The notes under the pieces were generated by a model. It searched no databases, was not told where the DNA came from, and worked only from the letters and a program-made list of their open reading frames with translations. DNA of 64,000 bases from Planctomycetaceae bacterium (GTDB taxonomy: Bacteria > Planctomycetota > UBA1135 > GCA-002686595). Numbering within the stretch: the stretch's first letter is position 1; each line of letters opens with the position of its first letter. This document shows positions 35,217-45,057 of the stretch, in pieces. The translations under genes were made by a program, and so were the position numbers. Where the stretch lies: positions 112,700 through 176,699 of the forward strand of contig WGMC01000028.1 in NCBI GenBank assembly GCA_016125265.1. The letters are read 5' to 3'.

Positions 35217-37751
35217 ATGATCCGCCCCACGTCGCCACCCGTTTGGGGCCGAGCCCTCACCTCCCTGCTGCTCGCCACCGCGGTTGCAGCCTGCGGCGGC
35301 GGCGGTGGGAGCAGCGGCTCCGCGCCGACGGCGAAGGTGCAGGTGTTGCTCCAGCGCGACGTGTACGGCGTCGCGCACATCGAATCGGCGAGCGACGCGG
35401 GTGCGTACTTCGGCGCGGGATACGCGGCCGCCGAGGACCGCTTCTACCAGATGTGCCTGTCGCGGCTCTTCTACCAGGGCCGCCTCGCCGAGGTGCTGGG
35501 TGCGGGGGAGGGTGGCCTCTACGTCGACCGCGATCGCCAGGCGCGCCTCTTCGGGTGGCGCCGGCACGGCGAGCGGGTGGTGGCGTACCTCGCGGCCGAA
35601 CAGGCGGAGGTGCACACGTTGCTCGTCGCGTACGCCGCCGGCGTGAACCGCTACTTGAGCGACGTCGCGTCGGACCCGACCCGTTCGCTGCACCCCTACT
35701 TCGCGGGGCTCGACGGGGTCATCGCTCCGATCGCGCCCGAACCGTGGACGCCGGTGGATTGCCTCGGTGTCTGGATGCGCCTCGGGACGTTTTTCCAGAA
35801 CTTCGGCGAGGGCGAGGTCGACGTGCGGCGCGAGATCGACCAAAAGCTGGCCGCGGGCGCGACCGAAACCGAGATCCTCGCGGAGCTGAACCAGTACGCG
35901 CTCATCGACGACGAAGCGGCGGTCGTGCAGCGCGAGGACGTGCCCGACGAGCTGCTGCTCCAGATGGAGCAGTTCGCGCTCGACTACCAGATCGTCGGCC
36001 AGAGTTCGAACCACACGCTCGGACCGGATGGGCACTTCAGCCACGCCTGGGCCGCGACGGGCGATCGCACGGCGACGGGTCCGGGGCCTGGCGACGCGCT
36101 GCTGGCGGGGGACCCGCGCATCCCGCTGACCGCGCCCAACGAGCTGTACGAGTGGCACATGCGTGGCGCCACGTTCGACGTGCGCGGCGCGGGGGTCCCG
36201 GGCAGCCCGAACGTGCTGGTCGGATCGTCGGCATCGATCGCTTGGAGCGTGACGGCGCTGGCGGCGGACCAGGCGGACCTCTATCGCCTGACCGTGGACG
36301 AGAGCGCGGCACCCTGGCGCTACTTCGTCGACGGCGAGTGGCTCGCGATGGAGGAGGAGCCCGAGGAGGTGCTCGTCTGGTCGTTCGTCGACGAAGAGGC
36401 CTCACCCGCGGTGTTCGACGAACCGCTTTTCTTCCGCCGCACGGCGTTCGGCCCACTCATCACGCCGTGGCTCGGCCTGTTCGACGACGACGAATACGCC
36501 CTCAGCGCCGTGCCCTTCGAACTGCCCGAATCCGCCGACGAAGCGGCGTTCCTCGCGATGTACCGCGCGCCGGATGCGATGCAGTTCCGCCAGGCCCTTG
36601 GCGGTTGGTCGTTCCCGAGCGTGAACGTGGTGTTCGCCGGGCGCGGCGATGTGTCGGATCCCGCGGCGCCCGATCTGGTCGGCTACGTGGCGAACGGCGC
36701 CCAGCCCGTGCGCGCGCCCTACTTCCTGGCCGGCCTCATGTACCTGGACGGCGACACGCTGGCCAAACGCTGGCAGACCTTCGTGCCCCACGACCTGAAG
36801 CCGTGGGTATTGAAGGACGGCATCGGCGACGACGGCGTGGTGTTCAGCGCGAACCACCTTCCGGCGGGTTCGTGGTATCCCTTGCCGCGCGCGTTCCCGT
36901 CGCTCGGCGAAACGGACCGCTCGCGGCGTCTGCGCGAGCTCCTCGCGGCGATGCCGAGTTTTGCGGCCGACGATTTCCTCGACATCCACATCGATGCCGT
37001 TCGGCCGTCCGCGCGCGATTTGGCGCGGCTCATCGACGTCGCGGCCGCCCAACCGGGAACGCAGTTCTCGGCCGATGCCGCGGCGGCGTTGCCGGTGCTC
37101 CTCGCCTGGTGGAACGCGGGAGCGGCGCTCGACGGCTCCACGCCGGGCACCGCGCTGGCATCGTTCCTGACCGCGGCGCTGTTCCTCGACAACCCGGCGC
37201 ACCTGCCCCTGGCAACGGACTTTGGCCGCGGGCCCTCTGGCCTGGCGGCGTACCTGAAGGCCAAGCTGGCCGACTTGGACGGGCCCGTGCCGTCGGCCTT
37301 GACGGAGGCGGACCTCGTGTTCCTCGACGACGTGCTCGGCGAGGCGTACCGCGCCGTGACCGGCGAGAAGGGCGCAGGTACCCTCGAACCGGCCAGTTGG
37401 GACAGTTGGTACGCCGCGGCCAAGTTGGAGGACACGGTGCCCACCTGGAAGTTTTTGGGGGGTGTGGACCTCGCCCTGCCGAAGCTGCCGCACGGGCCGC
37501 TCCTCGCCGCGGACGCGGACACCCTCGCCTCCCAGTCGGGGCAGAGTTACAGCCAGCTCGTGGCTCCCGGGCAGGAGGACGGGGCCCGCTCGGTGCTCCC
37601 GCCGGGCCAGGCCGAGCCCGGCGCCGGCTCGCCCTTCGAGGCCAGCCAGGTCGGCCTCTGGGCGGCGGGGGCCATGCGCCCGTCCCCGACGAGCGTGCCG
37701 GGGATCGTGGAGCTTGGCCTTTTTGGCCCGCTGCGGGTGCTCGAGTACTGA
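35217..37751 (+). CDS. Penicillin amidase / acylase family (Ntn-hydrolase S45) lipoprotein.
   Basis: Lipobox (LLLATAVAACGG) and the S45 N-terminal signature (RDVYGVAHIESASDAGAYFGAGYAAAEDRFYQM). Its 844-aa length fits the family. Confidence 0.8.
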   Translation: MIRPTSPPVWGRALTSLLLATAVAACGGGGGSSGSAPTAKVQVLLQRDVYGVAHIESASDAGAYFGAGYAAAEDRFYQMCLSRLFYQGRLAEVLGAGEGGLYVDRDRQARLFGWRRHGERVVAYLAAEQAEVHTLLVAYAAGVNRYLSDVASDPTRSLHPYFAGLDGVIAPIAPEPWTPVDCLGVWMRLGTFFQNFGEGEVDVRREIDQKLAAGATETEILAELNQYALIDDEAAVVQREDVPDELLLQMEQFALDYQIVGQSSNHTLGPDGHFSHAWAATGDRTATGPGPGDALLAGDPRIPLTAPNELYEWHMRGATFDVRGAGVPGSPNVLVGSSASIAWSVTALAADQADLYRLTVDESAAPWRYFVDGEWLAMEEEPEEVLVWSFVDEEASPAVFDEPLFFRRTAFGPLITPWLGLFDDDEYALSAVPFELPESADEAAFLAMYRAPDAMQFRQALGGWSFPSVNVVFAGRGDVSDPAAPDLVGYVANGAQPVRAPYFLAGLMYLDGDTLAKRWQTFVPHDLKPWVLKDGIGDDGVVFSANHLPAGSWYPLPRAFPSLGETDRSRRLRELLAAMPSFAADDFLDIHIDAVRPSARDLARLIDVAAAQPGTQFSADAAAALPVLLAWWNAGAALDGSTPGTALASFLTAALFLDNPAHLPLATDFGRGPSGLAAYLKAKLADLDGPVPSALTEADLVFLDDVLGEAYRAVTGEKGAGTLEPASWDSWYAAAKLEDTVPTWKFLGGVDLALPKLPHGPLLAADADTLASQSGQSYSQLVAPGQEDGARSVLPPGQAEPGAGSPFEASQVGLWAAGAMRPSPTSVPGIVELGLFGPLRVLEY

Positions 37752-37829
37752 TCGCTGCGGCCCGCGATCCCGGTACCCTGTTCGGCCCGGTCCAGACCCC
37801 GAGCCCGAACCTTTCGCACCGAGACCGCC

Positions 37830-39911
37830 ATGAAAAGGCCCTGGTTGTTCGCCCTGTCATTGAGCGCGCTGGCCGCGCTGCCCCTCTTCGCCGTGACCCC
37901 CGACGAGGGGATGTGGCTCTTCACCGACCCGCCCGCCGAAGCCATCGAGGCGGAGTACGGCTTCCGCCTGACGCCCGAGTGGCTCGAACACGTGCAGAAG
38001 AGCGCCGTGCGCTTCAGCACGGGCGGTTCCGGCTCCATCGTGTCGGCCAACGGGTTGGTGATGACCAACCACCACGTGGCGGCGGAGGTGCTGGCGAAGC
38101 TCAGCACCCAGGAGCGCGACCTGATGGCCAACGGTTTCCTCGCGCGCGCCCAGGGCGAGGAACTGCCCTGCCCGGACCTCGAACTGCTCGCCCTCTGGAC
38201 GATCGAGGACATGACCGCGCGTGTGAACGACGCCGTCAAACCCGACATGGACGATGCCGCGGCCGGCGCCGCGCGCCGCGCGGAGATCAGCACGATCGAG
38301 AAGGAGGCCGGCGAACGCACGGGCCTCAAGTGCGAGATGGTGACCCTGTACCAGGGCGCGCGCTACCACCTCTACAGCTACAAGCGCTACACCGACGTGC
38401 GCCTGGTCTTCGCGCCCGAGAAGGAAGCGGCGTTCTTCGGCGGTGACCCGGACAACTTCGAGTACCCGCGCTATTGCCTGGACGTGACCTTCTTCCGCAT
38501 CTACGAGGACGACAAACCCCTCGAGCCCCAGCACTTCCTGCGCTGGAGCGCCGACGGCGCGGACGCCGGTGAGTTGACGTTCGTGGCGGGCCACCCGGGC
38601 AGCACCGAGCGCCTCAACACCGTGGCGCACCTCGAGTTCTTCCGCGACGTGCGGTACCCGCAAACGCTGGCGCGCCTTTGGCGCCGCGAAGTGCAGCTCG
38701 AGAACTTCTCCGCGCGCAAGGACGAGTGGCGCCGCATCGCCGAGGACGATCTGTTCGGCATCAAGAACTCGCGCAAGGCGCTGACGGGCCGCCTTGAGGG
38801 CCTCAACGACCCCGCGATCATGGGGCCCAAGTTGGAAGCCGAGCGACGCCTCAAGGCATTCGTGTGGTCGAACCCCGAACACGCCGCCCGCTGGGGCGAT
38901 GCGTGGGATCAAGTCGCGCGCGCGCAGGTCGCGGCCCGCGACATGTGGGACCTGAGCACCGTCCTCGGCGGCGGCGGCAGCCAGCTCTACGGTTTGGCAC
39001 GCACGCTCGTGCGCGGCGCCGACGAGCGCGTGAAGCCTTCCAGCGAGCGCCTGCGTGAGTTCGGCGACGCCGCGCTGCCGCGCCTCGAGCAGCAGCTCTT
39101 CTCCCCGGCCCCGATCTACGCCGACTTGGAGGTGGACACCGTCAAGAGTTGGCTCATGCAGATTTCGGAGGTCCTCGGCGGCAGCCATCCGCTGACGCTG
39201 AAGGCGCTCGGCGGCAAGGCGCCCGCTGCCCGTGCCGAGGAACTGGTGCGCGGCTCCAGCCTGCTGGATCCCGAAGCGCGTCGGGCCCTGTGGGACGGCG
39301 GCAAGGCGGCGATCGACGCCAGCACGGAGCCGATGATTCGCCTCGCGAAGGCCCTCGACCAGGATGGCCGCGACCTGAGGAAGCGCATGGAGGACGAGGT
39401 GGACAGCGTGCAGCGGGCCGCCTACGCCAAGATCGCCGAAGCGCAGTTCGCGATGCTGGGCACCAGTGTGTATCCGGACGCCACGTTCACGCTGCGCCTC
39501 AGCTACGGGCGCATCGCGGGTTACACCCAGGACGGCGAAGAGATCCCGCCCTTCACCCAGATCGGCGGCACGTTCGAACGCGCGCGCAGCCGCGGCGAAG
39601 TTCCGCCCTACAACCTGCCCGAGAGCTGGATCGAATCCGAGTCGCGCATGGACAAGTCCGTGCCCTACAACTTCGTCAGCACCCACGACATCATCGGCGG
39701 CAACTCCGGTTCGCCGGTCGTCGACAGCGCGGGTGAAGTGGTCGGCTTGATCTTCGACGGCAACGTGCAAAGCCTCGTGGGTGCGATGGCCTACAGCGAT
39801 GCGCAGGCGCGCGCCGTTTCCGTGGACTCGCGCGGCATCGCCGAGGCGCTGCGTTCGGTCTACCAGGCCGATGAGCTCCTCGCCGAACTGACCGGCGCGG
39901 CGCGCGACTGA
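37830..39911 (+). CDS. S46-family dipeptidyl-peptidase (DPP7/DPP11-like serine peptidase).
   Basis: Signal peptide, the N-terminal DEGMWLF hallmark, the catalytic His region (VMTNHHV) and Ser (GGNSGSPVV), and an S46-typical helical insert domain. Confidence 0.85.
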   Translation: MKRPWLFALSLSALAALPLFAVTPDEGMWLFTDPPAEAIEAEYGFRLTPEWLEHVQKSAVRFSTGGSGSIVSANGLVMTNHHVAAEVLAKLSTQERDLMANGFLARAQGEELPCPDLELLALWTIEDMTARVNDAVKPDMDDAAAGAARRAEISTIEKEAGERTGLKCEMVTLYQGARYHLYSYKRYTDVRLVFAPEKEAAFFGGDPDNFEYPRYCLDVTFFRIYEDDKPLEPQHFLRWSADGADAGELTFVAGHPGSTERLNTVAHLEFFRDVRYPQTLARLWRREVQLENFSARKDEWRRIAEDDLFGIKNSRKALTGRLEGLNDPAIMGPKLEAERRLKAFVWSNPEHAARWGDAWDQVARAQVAARDMWDLSTVLGGGGSQLYGLARTLVRGADERVKPSSERLREFGDAALPRLEQQLFSPAPIYADLEVDTVKSWLMQISEVLGGSHPLTLKALGGKAPAARAEELVRGSSLLDPEARRALWDGGKAAIDASTEPMIRLAKALDQDGRDLRKRMEDEVDSVQRAAYAKIAEAQFAMLGTSVYPDATFTLRLSYGRIAGYTQDGEEIPPFTQIGGTFERARSRGEVPPYNLPESWIESESRMDKSVPYNFVSTHDIIGGNSGSPVVDSAGEVVGLIFDGNVQSLVGAMAYSDAQARAVSVDSRGIAEALRSVYQADELLAELTGAARD

Positions 39912-39995
39912 AGCTCGCCTGAGGACACCGGCGCGCAACATCGGCCGCGCTCCCCGAAGAGGGGGCGCGGCCGACTTCGTTTGGCGGGGGGACGT

Positions 39996-40676
39996 TCAAC
40001 GGCGATCGGGGAACGCGCGCCAGCGCAATTCGGGCGCCGGGCCGTCCACGGCCAGTGCGGCGGGGCAATCGGGCCAAGGATCGAGATCGAGCACACAAAA
40101 CTGCGTGCCCGCGAACGCGACGGCTAGCGGCGAGTCCCCGCGCACGTCGAGTTGGCGCAGCCCCCCCGAAAGCCCGAGACCTGTCGCCTTGAGCACCGCT
40201 TCCTTGCGCGTCCAGGTGCGGAAGAATCGGGCTTCGCGGCTGTGTTGGGGCGCCGCGCGCCAGTCCTCCAGCTCGTCGGACGTGAGGGTCTCCTCGGCGA
40301 GCTCGTCCATGCGTTGCACGGGTCGGTGCTCCTCGAGGTCGACCCCCAAGAGCCCGCCCCGGCGCCACGCCAAGAGGGCGCGGTCGCCCGAGTGGGCCAT
40401 GTTGAAGACGAGCGCACCGTCCTCGCGCCCAGCGAGCTCTGGGCGCCCGTGCCGCGCCTCGCGCAGCGAGAGCTCGGCTGGCGCGAGACCGAGTTCCTCG
40501 GCCAACAGCCGCCGCAGGGTGGCACGCGCCAGGACAAAACGCCGACGTATCGGTTCCGGCCGCATCCGCGCCGCGCGCTCCCGTTCGCGTTCGTCGAGCC
40601 AGGCTTCGTCGGGCACACCTTCGTCCAAGCGGAACGCGGCCAGGTGGACCGGATCGGGGGAGCGTTCGGGGTGCAT
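39996..40676 (-). CDS. 4'-phosphopantetheinyl transferase (Sfp-type).
   Basis: PPTase motifs FNMAHSGDRALLAW and WTRKEAVLKATGLGL are present. The start was taken at the internal ATG (MHPERSPDPVHLAAFRLDE). Confidence 0.75.
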   Translation of the reverse strand: MHPERSPDPVHLAAFRLDEGVPDEAWLDERERERAARMRPEPIRRRFVLARATLRRLLAEELGLAPAELSLREARHGRPELAGREDGALVFNMAHSGDRALLAWRRGGLLGVDLEEHRPVQRMDELAEETLTSDELEDWRAAPQHSREARFFRTWTRKEAVLKATGLGLSGGLRQLDVRGDSPLAVAFAGTQFCVLDLDPWPDCPAALAVDGPAPELRWRAFPDRR

Positions 40677-40747
40677 GGGCCCGGGGCCGTGGGGGCGCTC
40701 GAAAGCGACGCACCCGTGACACGGCAGAGCATACACTTTGGGTCCCT

Positions 40748-42268
40748 TTGCCGATGAAGTCCGAAGTTCGAGGCGCGCGTGCGGGCGCATCGCCCCGTCG
40801 CCGCCTGGGCGCTCGCGTGGCCGCCCTGGCCCTTGGCGCGGTGCTTTCGCTGCTGGCGGTGGAGGGCGCGCTGGCCGTGGTGGGACTGTTCCTGGCGGAG
40901 CCGGAACTAGGCGAGGGCGGGCGCGCGGGCGCGGATGCGCTCACTTTGCCCGAGCAGGGCGAGAACGTGGTGCTGTGCCTCGGCGATTCGAACACTTACG
41001 GCATCCACCTCGAGGCGGAACAAAGTTATCCGGCGCAACTCGGCGAGCTGCTCGCGGGCGCGCCCGATGGCCCCTGGCGCGTGTTCAACCTGGGCTTCCC
41101 CGGTCGCAACTCCGCCGAGGTGCGTTACCACCTCGCGGAGCAGCTCGAACTCTACCGCCCGCGCATCGTCGTCGTTTGGGTCGGCACCAACACGTCGTGG
41201 TCGCGCGCCATGGCGCACCTTTGGGCGCTCGAGGATCGCGAGGCCCCGCCGCCGCCGCTTTCGATCCTGGAGAGCCTGCGCACGGTGCGCATGGTGCGTG
41301 TGCTGCTCGACCGGCCGGCCCGTGTGGAGAGCACCGGGCCGGTGCTGCTCGGCGACGGTGCAGAGGGTCGGCTCGACTTCGTGGAACGCGGCGCGCCGCG
41401 GGCCGCGTGGTTGGGAGCGCCGGAGGACGACGAGCTGTTCCGGCGTGTCGAGTTGGACCTCGTGCGTGTGGCCGAGTTGTGCAGCGCGGCCGGCGCGAAG
41501 TTGTTGTTGCTGGACTATCCGTACGATGTGGCGCACCTTCGCGACGTCGTGAATCCCGCGATCGCCGCGGCGGCAGAGCGGGGCGGCGCGGCGGTGCTCT
41601 CCTTGGAACGCGAGCTGGCGCCGCGCATCCAGACGCTCGGGCCCGAGCGATTGCTGTTCGCGGACCACCACTTGAAGGCCGAGGCAAACGTCGAGGTCGC
41701 GCGGCTCGTCGCGCGGCGGTTCGCGGCCGAGGGCTGGTTGCCGTTTGGCGATTGGTTGCGTGTGCCGCGGCTCGAGGAGCGTGTGCCGCACCTCGAAGTC
41801 GAGTTGCGCGGCGCCAAGCCGGACCGGCCTCGCACGGTGGCGCTGGTGTGCGCGGGGACACCGCGGGCGCTCGTGGTGGCGGAGCTGCTGCCCTTGATCC
41901 TCCGCCACGACCGCGAGTTCGCCGATCCGGTGCGCGAAGTGCGCCGCGAGTGGCTGGAACAGTACCTCGGGGTGCCGCTCGTGCGCGACGTCGGTTGGCT
42001 CGACCTCAGCGGGAAGGGGCTGTTCACGCTGGAGCTGCCGCCGGCGCTGCCGATTGGGCCGCCGACCTTCGCGCCGCGCACGCGTTTCTTCGGGTGGAGG
42101 CTCGAGCTGCGACTGCAGTTGGCGGATGGGAGTTCCACACGAGTGCGCGGCCGGACCTTGGATCCGTTTGGTCGGGTGCTTCCTGAGGCCACGCGGGCGG
42201 CGTTGGTCGAGTTGCACACATCGGCGAAGTCGGGGGGAGCGCCGCCGGCAGGGGTTCCGCCGCGTTGA
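40748..42268 (+). CDS. SGNH/GDSL-family hydrolase, secreted (paralog 2).
   Basis: VVLCLGDSNTYGIHLEAEQSYPAQL and FPGRNSAEV motifs. It is colinear with paralog 1 through the catalytic and central regions. Confidence 0.75.
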   Translation: MPMKSEVRGARAGASPRRRLGARVAALALGAVLSLLAVEGALAVVGLFLAEPELGEGGRAGADALTLPEQGENVVLCLGDSNTYGIHLEAEQSYPAQLGELLAGAPDGPWRVFNLGFPGRNSAEVRYHLAEQLELYRPRIVVVWVGTNTSWSRAMAHLWALEDREAPPPPLSILESLRTVRMVRVLLDRPARVESTGPVLLGDGAEGRLDFVERGAPRAAWLGAPEDDELFRRVELDLVRVAELCSAAGAKLLLLDYPYDVAHLRDVVNPAIAAAAERGGAAVLSLERELAPRIQTLGPERLLFADHHLKAEANVEVARLVARRFAAEGWLPFGDWLRVPRLEERVPHLEVELRGAKPDRPRTVALVCAGTPRALVVAELLPLILRHDREFADPVREVRREWLEQYLGVPLVRDVGWLDLSGKGLFTLELPPALPIGPPTFAPRTRFFGWRLELRLQLADGSSTRVRGRTLDPFGRVLPEATRAALVELHTSAKSGGAPPAGVPPR

Positions 42269-42290
42269 CTGGCGCGGTGCGATTTCCCTT

Positions 42291-42560
42291 GGGCGCGGAC
42301 GGGGCCGCGCCCCTACAGAACGGGGGAGGGAACGGCCACGCGCTCCAAGGCGGGCCGGGAGGCCCGCGCACCCGGCTCCCGGCGCACCCGGCTCCCGGCG
42401 CACCCGGCTCCCGGCGCACCCGGCTCGCGGCGCACCCGGCTCCCGGCGCACCCGGCTCCCGGCGCACCCGGCTCCCGGCGCACCCGGCTCCCGGCGCACA
42501 CGGCTCCCAGCGCACACTGCGCTCAGCGCATACGGCTCTCCGCGCACACGGCGGTGCGGT
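42291..42560. repeat. Repeat element related to the one at 24760-24975.
   Basis: The core hairpin gggcgcggacggggccgcgccc + ctacaga and the ggcgggccgggaggcccgcgcaccc arm are present. These are followed by about 12 tandem copies of a 16-nt unit (GGCGCACCCGGCTCCC), degenerating toward the 3' end. Confidence 0.8.
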
Positions 42561-42616
42561 CCTTGGCCGGGTAGGATCGAGGCGCGCCACCGGCGCTGCG
42601 AGCCCTGGAGACGAAG

Positions 42617-43168
42617 ATGGACATCGTGCTTGTGTATCCCGAGATCCCGCACAACACCGGTTGCGTCGCGCGCACGGCCGCGGCGACCGGCGTGCGGCTC
42701 CATCTCGTCGAACCCCTCGGGTACTCGCTGTCGGATCGCTACTTGAAGCGCGCGGGGCTCGACTATTGGCCCCTCGTCGATCTCGTCGTGCACGCGGATT
42801 GGGAGCGCGCCACCGCTGCGTTGGCGCTGCGGTCGGAGCGCCCCGTCGCGGAACGCCTCAGTCTGTTCAGTTCGAAGGGCGGCCGGTCGCTCTTCGAGGT
42901 GCCGTTCGCGGAGGACCAGATCCTCGTGTTCGGCCGCGAGGCGGACGGTTTGCCAGAGGAGCTGCTCGACGCCCACCCCGGCGCCCGGGTGCGCATCCCG
43001 ATCCTGCCGGCCGTGCGCTCGTTGAACCTGGCCGCGTCCGTTTGCCTGGCCACGTACACGGCGCTCGAGCGCAGCGGCCACCGCTTCCCGAACCCCGAGG
43101 GCATCCACGCGCGCGACCCGCGCATGGACCTGGGCCTTGGCGCCGCCGACGTGGCGCGGCGCGAGTGA
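42617..43168 (+). CDS. trmL: tRNA (cytidine/uridine-2'-O)-methyltransferase TrmL (SpoU-TrmD fold).
   Basis: SpoU-family motifs are present (IVLVYPEIPHNTGCVARTAAATG, ILVFGREADGLPEELL, PAVRSLNLAASVCLATYTALER). Confidence 0.8.
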   Translation: MDIVLVYPEIPHNTGCVARTAAATGVRLHLVEPLGYSLSDRYLKRAGLDYWPLVDLVVHADWERATAALALRSERPVAERLSLFSSKGGRSLFEVPFAEDQILVFGREADGLPEELLDAHPGARVRIPILPAVRSLNLAASVCLATYTALERSGHRFPNPEGIHARDPRMDLGLGAADVARRE

Positions 43169-43280
43169 ACCGCCGCCGCGCCGCCCGCAACCCGGTCCAT
43201 ACGATGCGAGCTTCCATCCCGCTGGGTTTGGCGGCGGACGGCGGCGGGCCTACCCTTCGCCGGTGAACGGTGCAGAGGCA

Positions 43281-44795
43281 ATGGGGGACGCTCCCTTGGC
43301 GGCGGAAGCCGCGGACGGCGGCGTTTGGTCCGGCGAGGGCCGCAAACCGCGGCGCGACGACCCATTCGAGCTCGAAATCGCGGGTTTGGACGAGCGCGGC
43401 GCCGCCGTCGGCAGCGTCGGTCAGTTCCGCGTGCGGGTGCAGCGCTCGAGCGGCGGCCCGCCGGTGCTGCCCGGCGCGAGGGTTGCGGGGCGCGTGCTGC
43501 GTCGGCGGAGGGACCGCGTGGATGGCGAGGCGCTCGCGGTGCTCGAGGACAGCGCGGACCGCGTCGCCGGGCCCTGCCCGCACACGGCGGAGTGCGGCGG
43601 CTGCAGCTTCCAGGAGCTCGATTACGCGGCCCAACTGCGCGAGAAGCAGCGGTTGGCGCGGCGCCTCCTCGGCGATCTCGCGGCGGACTTCGACGTTCGC
43701 CTGGCCGGTTGGGATCGTGTGCTGGGGGCCGATGCACCCTTCCACTACCGCAACAAGATGGACTTCACCTTCTCCGCGCGGCGCTGGCGCGTCGCGGGGG
43801 AATCGGAAGGGTTGCCCGCGGACTTCGCGCTCGGCCTGTTCGCGCGCGGGCGGCACGACAAGGTGCTCGATCTCACGACTTGCGCACTCGCCCACGCGGA
43901 CGTGGGCCGCCTCCTGGACGCCGCCCGCGAACTTGCCCGGCACCACGGGCTCGTGCCGTGGGATTCGATGGAGCACACCGGATTCCTGCGCCACTTGGTG
44001 TCGCGCGCGCCGCGCGCCGGAGGGCTGCTGGTCAACCTGGTGACCTCCGCGGACGACGCACCCGGTTGGCGCGCGTACACGGCGGATCTGCTCGCACGGG
44101 TGCCCTCGATCACGACCTTGGTCCACAGCGTCAGCACGCGCCTTGCGACCGTGGCGGTGGGGGAGCGCGAATTCCTCCTGCATGGCCCCGGCTGGGTCGA
44201 GGAGGAGCTGCTCGGCGCGCGTTTTCGCATTTCCGCTGGCAGCTTCTTCCAGACGAACACGGCGCAGGCGGAGCGGCTCTTCGCGTTGGCGCGGCAGTGG
44301 ATCGAGAACACCGACGGACTGGCCGGCGGCGCGCTCTACGACCTCTACTGCGGCGGCGGCGCGATCGGCATCGTCCTGGCGCCGCATTTCGAGTGCTTGG
44401 TGGGCCTGGAGTTGGTCGAAAGCGCCGTGCTCGACGCGCGCGGCAACGCCGAGCGCAACGGCGTTTCGTCCGCGGAGTTCCTGGCCGGCGACGTGCCGCT
44501 GTTGCTGCGCCAACGCGCGGAGTTGGGCCTGCCGGAGCCCAGGTTGATCGTGCTGGACCCACCGCGTGTCGGCCTACAGACCGCGACTCCGGAGTTGCTC
44601 GGCCAGATCGGCGCGCCCTTCCTCCTGCTGGTCTCGTGCAACCTCACCGCCGCGGCGCGGGACATCGCCAACCTCAGAGCCCAGGGTTATCGCGTGACGC
44701 GGGCGGCGCTCGTCGACCTGTTTCCGCACACGCCGCACTTGGAGGGGCTCTTCCTGCTCGAGCGCGCCTGTCGTCCCCGCGAGGTGCCCGAGTGA
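43281..44795 (+). CDS. rlmD: 23S rRNA (uracil-C5)-methyltransferase RlmD/RumA family (TRAM, 4Fe-4S and MTase domains).
   Basis: Cys cluster CPHTAECGGCSFQ, a SAM-binding motif (DLYCGGGAIG), and the catalytic region (LDPPRVG...LVSCN). Confidence 0.8.
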   Translation: MGDAPLAAEAADGGVWSGEGRKPRRDDPFELEIAGLDERGAAVGSVGQFRVRVQRSSGGPPVLPGARVAGRVLRRRRDRVDGEALAVLEDSADRVAGPCPHTAECGGCSFQELDYAAQLREKQRLARRLLGDLAADFDVRLAGWDRVLGADAPFHYRNKMDFTFSARRWRVAGESEGLPADFALGLFARGRHDKVLDLTTCALAHADVGRLLDAARELARHHGLVPWDSMEHTGFLRHLVSRAPRAGGLLVNLVTSADDAPGWRAYTADLLARVPSITTLVHSVSTRLATVAVGEREFLLHGPGWVEEELLGARFRISAGSFFQTNTAQAERLFALARQWIENTDGLAGGALYDLYCGGGAIGIVLAPHFECLVGLELVESAVLDARGNAERNGVSSAEFLAGDVPLLLRQRAELGLPEPRLIVLDPPRVGLQTATPELLGQIGAPFLLLVSCNLTAAARDIANLRAQGYRVTRAALVDLFPHTPHLEGLFLLERACRPREVPE

Positions 44796-45057
44796 GCAGC
44801 GGTCCCGTAGACTGGAGTTGGGACGGTCCCGCGTCCCGCCCGCGGCCGAACCCCGGATCCCGGGGCCTTTGCCCAGCTTGCCAACACGTGCGCACCGTGG
44901 AGAGCGCGCGCGGTTCCACCTTCTACCTGTGCGGGCGTGCATCGAGCGACCCGCGCTATGCAAAATATCCGAACCAGCCGGTCGTTGCCTGCCCGGGTTT
45001 CGCGCAGCGCTCCGAGTCCGCATCTCCTTGAATCCCGAACCTCCTCCCGATCTCCCC

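Noticed and set aside
33669-39941. Several very long ORFs that are antisense or frame-shifted over the SGNH, acylase and S46 genes: 33669-36158 -, 35132-38446 +, and 37857-39941 -.
   Set aside because: They are shadow ORFs of three genes with strong family signatures. Their translations are compositionally biased and lack motifs.
42366-42560. About 12 regular 16-nt direct repeats, briefly considered as a CRISPR-like array.
   Set aside because: The repeats are contiguous with no spacers, the unit is far shorter than CRISPR repeats, and no cas genes are nearby. They are better explained as a simple-sequence tandem expansion of the REP-like element.
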